Part shown: piece after piece, positions 1 through 9,907 of the stretch | Numbering within the stretch: the first letter of the stretch is position 1 | Layout: each line of letters opens with the position of its first letter | Source: Histomonas meleagridis 2922-C6/04-290x | Taxonomy: Eukaryota; Protista; Parabasalia | NCBI GenBank assembly: GCA_020184695.1 | Contig: JAANOX010000032.1 | Location: 248,001 to 312,000 of the forward strand | Direction: 5' to 3' | DNA length: 64,000 bases | Notes under the pieces: generated by a model | Told to the model about the DNA's origin: nothing | Database searches by the model: none | What the model saw: only the letters and a program-made list of their open reading frames with translations | Position numbers and translations under genes: made by a program

Positions 1-2366
1 TCCACGCATGGCATTGCCCCGTATACGTAGGATACTCTTATAGACATAGCTAAAGGCCTATATTGTAATCCCGAAGTTGTCTTAGAACCATTATTCTTCC
101 AATAAGTGATTTGACTTATTGGCATTTGACTCAAAGGCTGCAAAGCGTTACCAGATGGAGGTTGGCTCTGTGATATCCAACCATCAGTCGCAGCGTATTG
201 TATTGCCATATTTGTTATAGTCATTTCGCTTGTATTAAATATTGATATTCTGATTGCCGCCATATTATTATTACCAGGCGTCCACTTAACTTCCAAAAAT
301 ATCCTTAAGTCCTTATTAAATATTTCATGTGCGTCAGGTGGCACATTAATTTTCATTTGCTTTTGCGCATTATTACCATTATTACCATTATTTTGTTGTT
401 GATTTGCAGCAATTAGCAAAAGATCATTACTATTACTATTATTACTATTATTATTAGATATTAAATCACCTAACAAATCATCAATTAAATTGTTCGAATT
501 ATTACTATTATTTTGTTGCGAATTAGAATTATTAGTTACGTTATCATTACTCATCCAATTATCGATATCAATTAACTTATTATTATTTTGTTGCGTTTGA
601 TTTTGTTGTATCTGCGGTTGCCCATCTTCATTTAGTTCTTCTTCATACGGTGGAACAGGTGCCAACAAATTCTCCGCGTTATTTGTTTGCGAGATGATCC
701 TTAAGTATTCGCCAGATCTTTGTTGGATATCCAAGTCATTATTTCTCGAGCCTTTCTTCAATGCTTCGATTACTTGTTGATTATTATTACTTCCATTTGG
801 TGACCTCGTAGACAACTTCGCTAATGCCGTAAGTATATACGACTTCGTTTCTTTCGACGTCTGCGGTAACTTTAATATTTGAAGAAATGTCTTCTCGACT
901 TCTTCATTATATTCGCCATATTCGCCTAATATCCATGAGCCAACTTGAACAAGCGATTGCACAGTCGACGATTCCTGTATTATTGGCAATAACTTAGACA
1001 CTGCATATGTTTGCATCGACTTGGAGCGACTTATGATTTTGCACACAGACGATATGATATCTGATTTGACATATCCGCCGGACTCCTTTAGAATCTGCAA
1101 AATCATGTCAAAGTTCCACTTCTCGTTCGGAGAGAAGCGCTGTATCGCAATGAAAACTCGACTGACAAGTTCAACTCGGAATTCGGAATCCGCATAATGT
1201 AAATATTTGATGATCTCCGGAACAAGACGTTCGGCATTGTTCACGTCAATAAGAGCTGATATTACATCCAGTGCACGACGTCGGATGGATACATCTGGAT
1301 TATCAAGACATCTGACAATTTGTCCTTTATGTCGCTGTAATGCTAATGCGTCTGATCCTGTTCTATCTAAGATGTCTCTGTTTGCGTATAAGACTCTGGA
1401 GAAGACATTTAATGCGCTATATAACATATTTGGATCTTGTGAATTTAACAATTTTCCGATTTGGTTAAATGCCAAAGTACGTAATGAAGGCTGCTTGCCA
1501 ACGCATACTATTGTTTGCACTGCCTGTAACAATACTGCTCTACTATCAGATCTTCGCATATCTGCTGATGAAACTATTGACGCTAATACTTCGTCGAGTT
1601 CATCAGAGGGTGATCGTAAGAGCTGCAGTATCTCCAATACTTTGATCTGAAGAAAAGGGTCCGATGGTTCACTCGCAGAACGTGAGGAGACGTTAAGCGA
1701 TCGTAAAATTTTGACAAAAGCGGTTGTGAAACGTGCCCAGTTTTGACTGAGGTGTGGTTGGGCGCGGAGCATTTCGATGACGATCCCGATTCCTGATAAG
1801 ACAACGCTGTGTGATGTGTCGTTAAGTAACAAATGGACATGTGGCTGAAATGTCTCTGTCGACTCTGGTAATTTTTTGATAATTCGGATAACGGCCATGG
1901 CCGCACGTTTTTTGAGAAAAGGATCACTGAACTCGAGGATCTTATGGACCTCCGTTGATAATGAACGACATATTTCGGTGGAACCTAAATTTGCGATGAG
2001 TCCAAGTGCTAATGATATGACATAACGATTCTTCGACTGAAGATCTTTCTCAAGAGTGTGCGTGAACAAAACTGAAATCTCGGTGTTTTCATCAAATAAC
2101 ATGGATGCACCTAAATATCCAATTCGCTTAAAAGAAAATCGCTCGTCTGACATAAGATTTATACAATACAATTGGCCGAATGTTGTGGAGCGACCAATCA
2201 TATTTAAATAAACGAGTTTGGTAATGATTCGTGGTAGAAATTCAGGATTACAATCTCGAATGTCCGTTCTGGTGCTCGCAAGCTCAGTGGTGATAATCGA
2301 TTCTTCGTCCTCAGCCGTTTTGGCTGAACGGATTCTGTGGATCATTGATGAGAGTTGGCTATCCAT
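1..2366 (-). CDS. AP1G: AP-1 adaptor complex gamma subunit (gamma-adaptin); 3' end runs off the window
   Basis: Translated by hand from ATG at 2366 (absent from the ORF track because there is no stop in the window): MDSQLSSMIHRIRSAKTAEDEESIITTELA...GQLYCINLMSDERFSFKRIGYLGASMLFDEN...DPFLQIKVLEILQLL...DVSIRRRALDVISAL. This is the adaptin-N trunk, followed by an Asn/Gln-rich hinge and an ear domain. Confidence 0.9.
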   Translation of the reverse strand, partial: MDSQLSSMIHRIRSAKTAEDEESIITTELASTRTDIRDCNPEFLPRIITKLVYLNMIGRSTTFGQLYCINLMSDERFSFKRIGYLGASMLFDENTEISVLFTHTLEKDLQSKNRYVISLALGLIANLGSTEICRSLSTEVHKILEFSDPFLKKRAAMAVIRIIKKLPESTETFQPHVHLLLNDTSHSVVLSGIGIVIEMLRAQPHLSQNWARFTTAFVKILRSLNVSSRSASEPSDPFLQIKVLEILQLLRSPSDELDEVLASIVSSADMRRSDSRAVLLQAVQTIVCVGKQPSLRTLAFNQIGKLLNSQDPNMLYSALNVFSRVLYANRDILDRTGSDALALQRHKGQIVRCLDNPDVSIRRRALDVISALIDVNNAERLVPEIIKYLHYADSEFRVELVSRVFIAIQRFSPNEKWNFDMILQILKESGGYVKSDIISSVCKIISRSKSMQTYAVSKLLPIIQESSTVQSLVQVGSWILGEYGEYNEEVEKTFLQILKLPQTSKETKSYILTALAKLSTRSPNGSNNNQQVIEALKKGSRNNDLDIQQRSGEYLRIISQTNNAENLLAPVPPYEEELNEDGQPQIQQNQTQQNNNKLIDIDNWMSNDNVTNNSNSQQNNSNNSNNLIDDLLGDLISNNNSNNSNSNDLLLIAANQQQNNGNNGNNAQKQMKINVPPDAHEIFNKDLRIFLEVKWTPGNNNMAAIRISIFNTSEMTITNMAIQYAATDGWISQSQPPSGNALQPLSQMPISQITYWKNNGSKTTSGLQYRPLAMSIRVSYVYGAMPCV

Positions 2367-3420
2367 GTTTTGATGGGAATTTCATATCACATGTCGTATC
2401 ATGTGTTCTTTGACATGATTTTTTTCTGTGGCAAATCATTTGCCAAAAAAACAGAATTAGTTATGTTGTAATGGTTACTTTATGGTTTGCTGTTTTATTT
2501 TTATGTAATAAAGAAATATATAAAATTTTGATGCATATTTATGGATAGATTGTTGATACATATTTAAGTTTGATTCCTTTAAATCATTGTTTTTTTCACT
2601 CAAAAATATACTTATAAGTATTAAAATGGTGATATAATTATTACCATTATTGATTGTATTCATAGATATGATATCATATCGTGCATATGCACAAACATCA
2701 TGATGGGATAGTCATTTTTCTGGAATTTAAAAAAAAATTGACCAACATGAAAAGCTATTTTGTATTGAATTTTTTCAGTGAACATTCAATTTTTTTTTGT
2801 GAGCTTTATCAACTGTGGCATTTTCTGGGGGAGAAAATGGCTAAATAAAAGAAAACATTGATTTCATAAAATTGGTAGATTTTATGGAATAAAAACATTA
2901 AAAAATTTCCTGCCTCATAATCTTTTAGTTAGTGAGTTTCCGATTCAATGTTTATTTTAATGAGTGGAATTAACCTCTTTAAACAAAAAACATTTTTTAA
3001 TTTTGACATTCTGAAGAAAAAAACACACTTTACATAAAAAAACTATTTGAATATATGGATTTAATAATAAGGATCCTTTTCAAAAAGTATTGCAACTTAC
3101 TACAAAATTTGGAAAGGTATGGTTGACAAAAAAAAAGATATTTTAAGAAAATATTTTAATAAAACACGGTGTTTGGACCATGTTCCCTTCTTCCTTGTTC
3201 GAGGCTATATCAATATGTTCCAGTGCAATGTACAAAATGTCTCTTGTTTCACTAAAATGACTTTTGAATAAATATTTGGTCGTATCGATTGAACCTGTAA
3301 TAAACGGTTACAAATTGTGGCAAAAGTGTTATCTCAATTTTACGCGCGAAAAATGAGATTTTTTTGATCGGCCTTGTACCGTTTTTTATTGAAAAAAGTG
3401 ACTTGTTTAGTTTATTGGGC

Positions 3421-4356
3421 ATGAAAAATGGAAGTTATATTCGAGCTCCTTCACCTCAATGGATGCAAGGAGGTCAAAACGCGATAAATATGTTTAATGC
3501 TTCAGGTTATTCATCAAACATTTATCCAAACATGGATCAAATCTATACACTTGTAAAGCGTTTAACTCTTGGACCTAATGAACGCGCTGAGGCTCTTCAT
3601 ACTCTTAGTGTTCAACGTGAGCAAATTCCTAATCTTGCCTTTCTTTTATGGGAAAGCCCAGGAACAATAACTGCACTTCTCACCGAAATTCTCAGTATTT
3701 ATCCGCATCTTACTTCTGTTTCAGCATCATCCAATAGTGCTCCTGCATCGCTCAGTTCACGTCTTGCTACCCGTGTTTGTAATGTTTTAGCATTATTCCA
3801 ATGTGTTGCTGGACATGAAAAAACACGAATTCCCTTTATCAAAGCCAACATACCAATGTATCTCTTTCCATTTCTTCATACAACAAACCAAAGTCGTGAA
3901 TGCGAATGTTTCAAATTAACATCTTTAGGTATTATAGGGAGTCTTGTCAAAGCAGAAGATCATGAAATTATACAATATCTCCTTCAAAACGAGTTTATAC
4001 CACTATGTTTGCGCATTCTTAAATTTGGTCAAGAAATGTCACGAATCGTTGCTGCTTTTATAGTACAGAAAATTCTCAGCGACAAAGAAGGCCGCTTGTA
4101 CGTTGTCTCCAGTTCGGAGCGCCTTGATACAGTTCTCAAGGTACTTAATGTAGTAATTTGCAATATGGCATCAAATTACAATCAGAGACTTTCGAAGAAT
4201 ATAATTGCGTCATATGATTGTTTGTTACAAGAGCCAGCTGTGCGTGAGAAAGTCGCAACAATGGGCTTTGATAATTTGCGGAAAGTACAGATACCACCAA
4301 GTTATGAGGACTTATATAATTTCGTCCAAAAACTTTTGAAAATAGAAAGACAATAA
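3421..4356 (+). CDS. CNOT9: Cell differentiation protein Rcd1 / CCR4-NOT subunit 9 (CAF40)
   Basis: Motifs RAEALHTLSVQREQIPNLAFLLWESPGTITALLTEI, RVCNVLALFQCVAGH, IPMYLFPFL, LKLTSLGIIGSLVK, FIPLCLRI. First ATG in the ORF is at 3421. Confidence 0.93.
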   Translation: MKNGSYIRAPSPQWMQGGQNAINMFNASGYSSNIYPNMDQIYTLVKRLTLGPNERAEALHTLSVQREQIPNLAFLLWESPGTITALLTEILSIYPHLTSVSASSNSAPASLSSRLATRVCNVLALFQCVAGHEKTRIPFIKANIPMYLFPFLHTTNQSRECECFKLTSLGIIGSLVKAEDHEIIQYLLQNEFIPLCLRILKFGQEMSRIVAAFIVQKILSDKEGRLYVVSSSERLDTVLKVLNVVICNMASNYNQRLSKNIIASYDCLLQEPAVREKVATMGFDNLRKVQIPPSYEDLYNFVQKLLKIERQ

Positions 4357-4391
4357 TATAAACTACAGTCGTATTTTTACTTTTTGTCGCT

Positions 4392-5429
4392 TTAATTTTT
4401 CTTTTTCTTTATTATGCCACTTGATTTACGAAGACGTTTAACAACAACGATACGGCGCGAGGTGCCCCGAGTATAAACGTTTTTTCGCGGCTTCGGCTGA
4501 CTTTTTGAATGAATCAAAGTTGCTGTTTCTGATGTTGTTGAGGGAGGAGGGTCTTTTTGTATACTGGTTTTTCTGTTGTGGGGGGAATTTTTTCTGTTGG
4601 GTGATTTAGTTGAAGGTGGCGTATTTGTAATTTTGTGATTTTTTGTGATTTCATTAGAATCAGTGCTTTCTGATGACTCTGTTTTCCTGCGTGGCTTTGT
4701 TATTTTGGGTTTTGTTTTTCTGTCTGATGATGTCTCTGAATCTTTGTCTCCATATGACCCACTAGATTGAGTGCTCGTTGAATCCGATTCACTACTTTTG
4801 GTTTGCGATGAATTTTCTGATGATTTGCTTTCATTAGAAGCTGATTCTGATTTACTACTTGTTGGTGAGCTTGTTGTTTTATTTGAAGATGAAGAATACG
4901 AATTTTGTGATGATGAAGAACTTGATTTTTGAGAGCTCGAGTATGAGTTTGAGTCTGATTCTGTTTTTGATTCTGTGTTTGATTCTGAAGAAGAAGAATA
5001 ACTACTTGATGATTTTCCTTTTGGTTTTATGAAAGTGAATTCCATTACTAAAATTCCTGCTGATTTGTTTCTATTTCCACATTTGTAGCTAAGTTCATAT
5101 TCTTTCTTTTCTTGATTGGCATTGCTTTTCAATGAACTTATTGGGATAGAAAGAGGAATCATCATCTTTAAATCATTACTTCTTTCTTTTTCTTTGGAAA
5201 AAATTATAATTTCTAAGTTATCATCTTTTTTGATATTCTTTAACTGTATTTTAAAAGTTTGATCCCATTTTGGGTTTCTTGTTTCTGGAATTACTTTTGT
5301 AGAATCTATTTTATTTTTATTTAAAAACACTGTAACATATGAGTCTGGTTCTTTTAGTACATCCATCATCAGAAGATTTTTTCCTTCGCATATCTTTAGC
5401 TCTAAAACCTCTTTGCTTTCGTTCTTCAT
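4392..5429 (-). CDS. C2-domain protein with Ser-rich and Lys-rich low-complexity tail
   Basis: N-terminal C2 signature LELKICEGKNLLMMDVLKEPDSYVTV...TKVIPETRNPKWDQTF; the remainder is S/T/K-rich. Confidence 0.8.
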   Translation of the reverse strand: MKNESKEVLELKICEGKNLLMMDVLKEPDSYVTVFLNKNKIDSTKVIPETRNPKWDQTFKIQLKNIKKDDNLEIIIFSKEKERSNDLKMMIPLSIPISSLKSNANQEKKEYELSYKCGNRNKSAGILVMEFTFIKPKGKSSSSYSSSSESNTESKTESDSNSYSSSQKSSSSSSQNSYSSSSNKTTSSPTSSKSESASNESKSSENSSQTKSSESDSTSTQSSGSYGDKDSETSSDRKTKPKITKPRRKTESSESTDSNEITKNHKITNTPPSTKSPNRKNSPHNRKTSIQKDPPPSTTSETATLIHSKSQPKPRKNVYTRGTSRRIVVVKRLRKSSGIIKKKKN

Positions 5430-5474
5430 CAGATAATTTTATAAACCATTCAAAATTTTATATATGCTTTACAA

Positions 5475-6866
5475 ATGCTAGATTGCTTTTCTCCATTTAC
5501 AAGACTAAAAATTCATCCAGCTATAGCACTTGGATTGGAAGATTCTGAGCATTATCGTGCAACTTATATACAAGAACAAGCAATTCACATGATTGATGCA
5601 AAAGTTCCATTAATCTTAAAATCACCATCTGGAACTGGAAAAACATGTGCTTATTGTGTATCAATGTTAGAAGTTATATGTAGAAAATATTTTTTAAAAC
5701 AATGGGAACGTCCTCCTTCAATTTCCAAAGGATGTATTCTGGGTCTAGTTCTTGCACATTCACCCGAATTGTGTCAACAAATATCCAGGGAAATGCAATC
5801 CATTAGTCGTCATCTTCCACTTTCCATCTTTACAATCATCAGTTCCATCAGTCTTCAAGATGATTGGGAAGAAGTAGCCGAAGCCAACATTGTCATAGCC
5901 ACGCCTGGCATTATAGCCAAACTATTAGTCAAGAAAAAGATTCGCACTTTTTGTCTGACCTCAATTGTCATTGATGAATGGGACAAAATGCTTTCTGACA
6001 AAGGCCTTTCACATGACGTCGAACAAATTGTCACCAGACCCTTACCAGAGATCCAACAATATATATGTGCATCTGCCACATATTCGCAAGTCTCATACAA
6101 ACGTCTTGTCGAACTCATTCCATTAAAATGGAACATCATTAGCTGTGATTGGAACTCTAAATCACGTCCAATCCACCACTTTTTATATCGCGCTGGCTCA
6201 TTTGACAAGCGCGTCAACACTATAATAACACTTTTTCGTCATGTTGAGTTTCACCAAGCTCTAATTTTTTGTAATTTACATCAATTATCGGAAGCCACCT
6301 CGCTAGCGCTTAATGAGATTGGATTTCCATGTGCGTACATTAGTAGTCAACTCGAACAAAAAGAACGAATTGATCGAATATCTGAATTTCGCGATTTGTT
6401 ATTACGTTGTTTAGTTACTACTGATATCACATCACGAGGCATTGATATAAGTAATGTGAATATTGTTATATCATTAGATTTGCCTTATGATAATGAGACA
6501 TTTTTGCATCGAGTAGGTCGGACAGGCCGATTTATGACTGATGGAATGTCATTGACATTTTATAAGAGACAAGAAAGTAAACGCGTACAAGAGATTAAGG
6601 AAAGTTTCGGGATTATGTTCCAGAAATTGGATTTGAATAATGAGATAATATTAAAGTTGCCAATTATGCAAAACGAAATACAAGTTTTGAACTTTAGGAA
6701 GTTAAAAGAAATAGAAAATAACTTTGCGGAAATAGAAAAACAAAAATTGGATAAAGAAGAAGAAAGGAAAAAGGTGCCGATGATGTTTTACTGCGATAAA
6801 GAAAACGAATATTGGTATAATTATAGGGATATATGTAACGAATTTAAGCCGCCTTTTGTACCTTAA
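5475..6866 (+). CDS. DEAD-box RNA helicase (possibly DDX20/Gemin3-like) with a DEWD motif II
   Basis: Q motif (ATYIQEQAI), motif I SGTGKT, II DEWD, III SAT, V TTDITSRGID, VI HRVGRTGRF. Subfamily assignment is tentative. Confidence 0.88.
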   Translation: MLDCFSPFTRLKIHPAIALGLEDSEHYRATYIQEQAIHMIDAKVPLILKSPSGTGKTCAYCVSMLEVICRKYFLKQWERPPSISKGCILGLVLAHSPELCQQISREMQSISRHLPLSIFTIISSISLQDDWEEVAEANIVIATPGIIAKLLVKKKIRTFCLTSIVIDEWDKMLSDKGLSHDVEQIVTRPLPEIQQYICASATYSQVSYKRLVELIPLKWNIISCDWNSKSRPIHHFLYRAGSFDKRVNTIITLFRHVEFHQALIFCNLHQLSEATSLALNEIGFPCAYISSQLEQKERIDRISEFRDLLLRCLVTTDITSRGIDISNVNIVISLDLPYDNETFLHRVGRTGRFMTDGMSLTFYKRQESKRVQEIKESFGIMFQKLDLNNEIILKLPIMQNEIQVLNFRKLKEIENNFAEIEKQKLDKEEERKKVPMMFYCDKENEYWYNYRDICNEFKPPFVP

Positions 6867-7573
6867 TAAAAATAGATTTTATATAAAGATGTCTTAGGTT
6901 TTCCTTAAATATGAAATGAAATAAAATTATTGTAACAAATTACTATAAGTTTCTTTGAGTTAAGAAAAATTCAGGCAATTTTTAAATTGTTTCATTAAAA
7001 AAAGCATCTGGTTCCTGGGTATGCTGATGATTATTTGGTTAGTTAAAAAAAAAATTAAAATATCAATATAAAAAGTTCATTGTTTGTGGATTTCAGATGT
7101 TTTCATTAGAAAATGCTAGACCTAAAGTCAAGATTATATTCTTGTAAAAAGAGTACATAGAACAAAGGTTTCATATATTTTTGAACAAATTCATCTAATG
7201 ATTAACTAATTTGAGTTTTGAGATTGATTGGAAAAATGAAAAATACACCAGATAATCATACACAATTAAAAAATGTGTTTTTAAAGATAATTTTTGCTAA
7301 ACATTTTGGGAAGAAAAGTGATTTGAAAAAACGCCACACAAAAATGGTGTGGATTGAGCTTTTTTATACGACTGTTTATTTCTCCTTTCATAATGAAATT
7401 GGAGTCACAGCATGTTTTCAACTCACCCCAAACTTTGCTAACAAAGTTTACATTAATGAAATAACATTTGCCAAGAATCGTCAACGGCTTTTACCGTTGT
7501 TGCCGGTGTATCGTCGAGTAAATTTCGTTCAATTATGCAACGCTCATAAATTTGTCATTTCACCTTTTCGAGG

Positions 7574-9448
7574 ATGCAATCAATCCCAGTCTTCAATGAA
7601 TATCCACATCTAGGAGACAAAATAAACAAAGATAGAAACGACATAGGTAAGCAACTTAAGAATATGGCAAAAGATTATTTCATTCCAAAAGATCCATCCC
7701 AATCATCAAAGTCTCAAATTCTTGAAGCTATTGCTCAACATGTAATCTGTACGAGATATATCAATAAATACTTAAGAGATTTACTTTCTCTATGGCCAAA
7801 AATTGTATCAGGTCAACCATGTTATGCAGAGTTTAAGAAATTCATGGATGAAGATCAACAATTCTTTAGCACATGGGAAGACATTGTTCTAACTTATTCT
7901 CATCAAAGCAAGAATAAGTGGGTTAATAGTCTTCTTCTTATTCCAGCTAATAAGCCTCTTTTAAAAGAGCATCACTTTTACAAAGACTTTAAGAATGATG
8001 TTAAATTGTTTCATAATAATGACTATCTTTTCATAAAGCAATGTCACTTAATCGACAGCTTCATTTCCAGTTTATATGAATTTTGGAGTCGTTATGCAGG
8101 AGCAGATGGATTTGATCCATTTTTACAACTTACGATGTTATTACCCGATTTCGAAAAACGATTTGAAAATGTTTACACACAAATCGTTGATAAACTTTTA
8201 ACAATTCCTGATCCATATAAAGCATCTCAATATGCAATTCGAAATGAACATGAATGGCGCGAAATATTACCACCAAATCAAGAGAACAAAATCTTATTAT
8301 CTGTTTTTAATCCAACATCATTAGCATCATTTCCAAATATAATGATGGTTTATAGGGAACTATGCTTAACGATAATGCAATTTATTGAATGTGGATTAAA
8401 ATCAACAAATAATTCTATTCCTCTTTTTATTGATTTTGTTCCATATTATAAACCTAAAATTGATGTTTTCGTCCCATTTGTGGAACGTAATTTTACTTTC
8501 ACATTCGAATGCGTTAAAAAAGGTCTTCCAACATTTGGTGTTGATGCAATGACATATTATAATCAATTCCTTTGGATGCATGAAAATCTTCAACCACCAA
8601 ATCATAGAGAAATAGTTAAATCAAATAAACAATGGTTTGAAAATATTCCAAAAGAGATCCAACTTCGTAATGAAAAACTTAAAGCTGTTGCAGCAGATGA
8701 AAAATTAATTGCTAATTATGAAAGTATTTCTAAAGAAGCAAAGAAATGTATTAAAAATCTTGAAGAAGCACGAACATATAAAAATGAAAATAACTTTAGA
8801 ACAACACGAAGATCATTAAAGACTTTTATTCAAAAATTAAATGATCTTAAATATGATGGAGCAAATGAATTAATAAATGAACTAGAAAAAATTGTTAAAG
8901 AATCAAAAGGTGAATGGAAGATTATACAAATGGAAAGCTTTTTAGAAAGCAAAACTATTGGTATCAAATCAACTATCGGTGATATTAAAGCAGCTGTTGA
9001 AAGAAATGATAATCTTTCAATCGATGCATATAAAAATGGTCTTAGAGCAATGCTGAGAACTTTTAATGATGAAGTTGATAGATACAAAGGTGATATAAGC
9101 GAATTGAAGAAACGTCCATTATATGTTCAAATAATGAAAGATGCTGATGATGCATTAAACATGCAACTAGCTGGTGGAAAATCACCTGAAGTTGTTACCG
9201 CCGAACAAATGTATGTTCCAGGTTTAAACTCATTGTGTATGTCTGCTGAAATGACAACAAACATGCCGCCAAATCAATACATGATAATGTCTGTTACAAT
9301 GTTAAAGACACAAATAATGCAACAATACACACAATTAAAACCAATGATGGATAAGTCCGAGATAATAAAGGATGCTTGCCAAAAGGCTGAAAATTGCTTC
9401 AAGAAGATTGATGATTATATCATAAAATGCTCAGCTCCTCCACAATAA
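7574..9448 (+). CDS. Hypothetical protein, 624 aa, helical/coiled-coil C-terminal half
   Basis: Long uninterrupted ORF with ATG; no family recognised. Confidence 0.75.
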   Translation: MQSIPVFNEYPHLGDKINKDRNDIGKQLKNMAKDYFIPKDPSQSSKSQILEAIAQHVICTRYINKYLRDLLSLWPKIVSGQPCYAEFKKFMDEDQQFFSTWEDIVLTYSHQSKNKWVNSLLLIPANKPLLKEHHFYKDFKNDVKLFHNNDYLFIKQCHLIDSFISSLYEFWSRYAGADGFDPFLQLTMLLPDFEKRFENVYTQIVDKLLTIPDPYKASQYAIRNEHEWREILPPNQENKILLSVFNPTSLASFPNIMMVYRELCLTIMQFIECGLKSTNNSIPLFIDFVPYYKPKIDVFVPFVERNFTFTFECVKKGLPTFGVDAMTYYNQFLWMHENLQPPNHREIVKSNKQWFENIPKEIQLRNEKLKAVAADEKLIANYESISKEAKKCIKNLEEARTYKNENNFRTTRRSLKTFIQKLNDLKYDGANELINELEKIVKESKGEWKIIQMESFLESKTIGIKSTIGDIKAAVERNDNLSIDAYKNGLRAMLRTFNDEVDRYKGDISELKKRPLYVQIMKDADDALNMQLAGGKSPEVVTAEQMYVPGLNSLCMSAEMTTNMPPNQYMIMSVTMLKTQIMQQYTQLKPMMDKSEIIKDACQKAENCFKKIDDYIIKCSAPPQ

Positions 9449-9907
9449 ACAAGTAAAACAAATTCTTGTGAATTTATTGATGTATGTTTTCACTTAAAGA
9501 TAAAGAAACTTCAATAAATTAATATTTTGATGTTGGCAAAATAATAACTTTTGGCACTTTCAAAGAGCGTGATAGAAAGCCTTTGATCTTTCCTGTGTAT
9601 CTTGAAAATTTTTCACTTATGTGAGCAAGTTTTTTGTTGATCGAAGTTGCCACAATTCCGTTCGACAAATTTTCCTAACAAAGATAGTGAAATCTAGTCA
9701 AAACTGCACGCTCAAAAAGCGTTGTTGGTTATGTCAAATTGTCATTGCCTCTGAAAATTTTCTGGTGATATTTCAAAATCGTGGCCAATCCGAATGTTAT
9801 TCAAACAGATAAATAAAATATTCAAATTTCAAACAACACAAAAAATTTCAATCAATTAATCATCATTACCTTCACAGGTTGCACAAAAAAGATAGAGATT
9901 CAACCCA

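Noticed and set aside
350-620. AAT/TTA microsatellite-like tract
   Set aside because: It is the Asn/Gln-rich hinge coding region of gamma-adaptin, not an independent repeat.
1207-1927. ORFs 1207-1650 (+) and 1583-1927 (-)
   Set aside because: Antisense and alternate-frame shadows of gamma-adaptin. The same applies to the many short ORFs overlapping actin, Sel1, RPS10, GRWD1, CSN2 and BspA.
7000-7110. C/D-box snoRNA suggested by TGATGA at ~7025
   Set aside because: No D box (CTGA) or terminal stem at a plausible distance.
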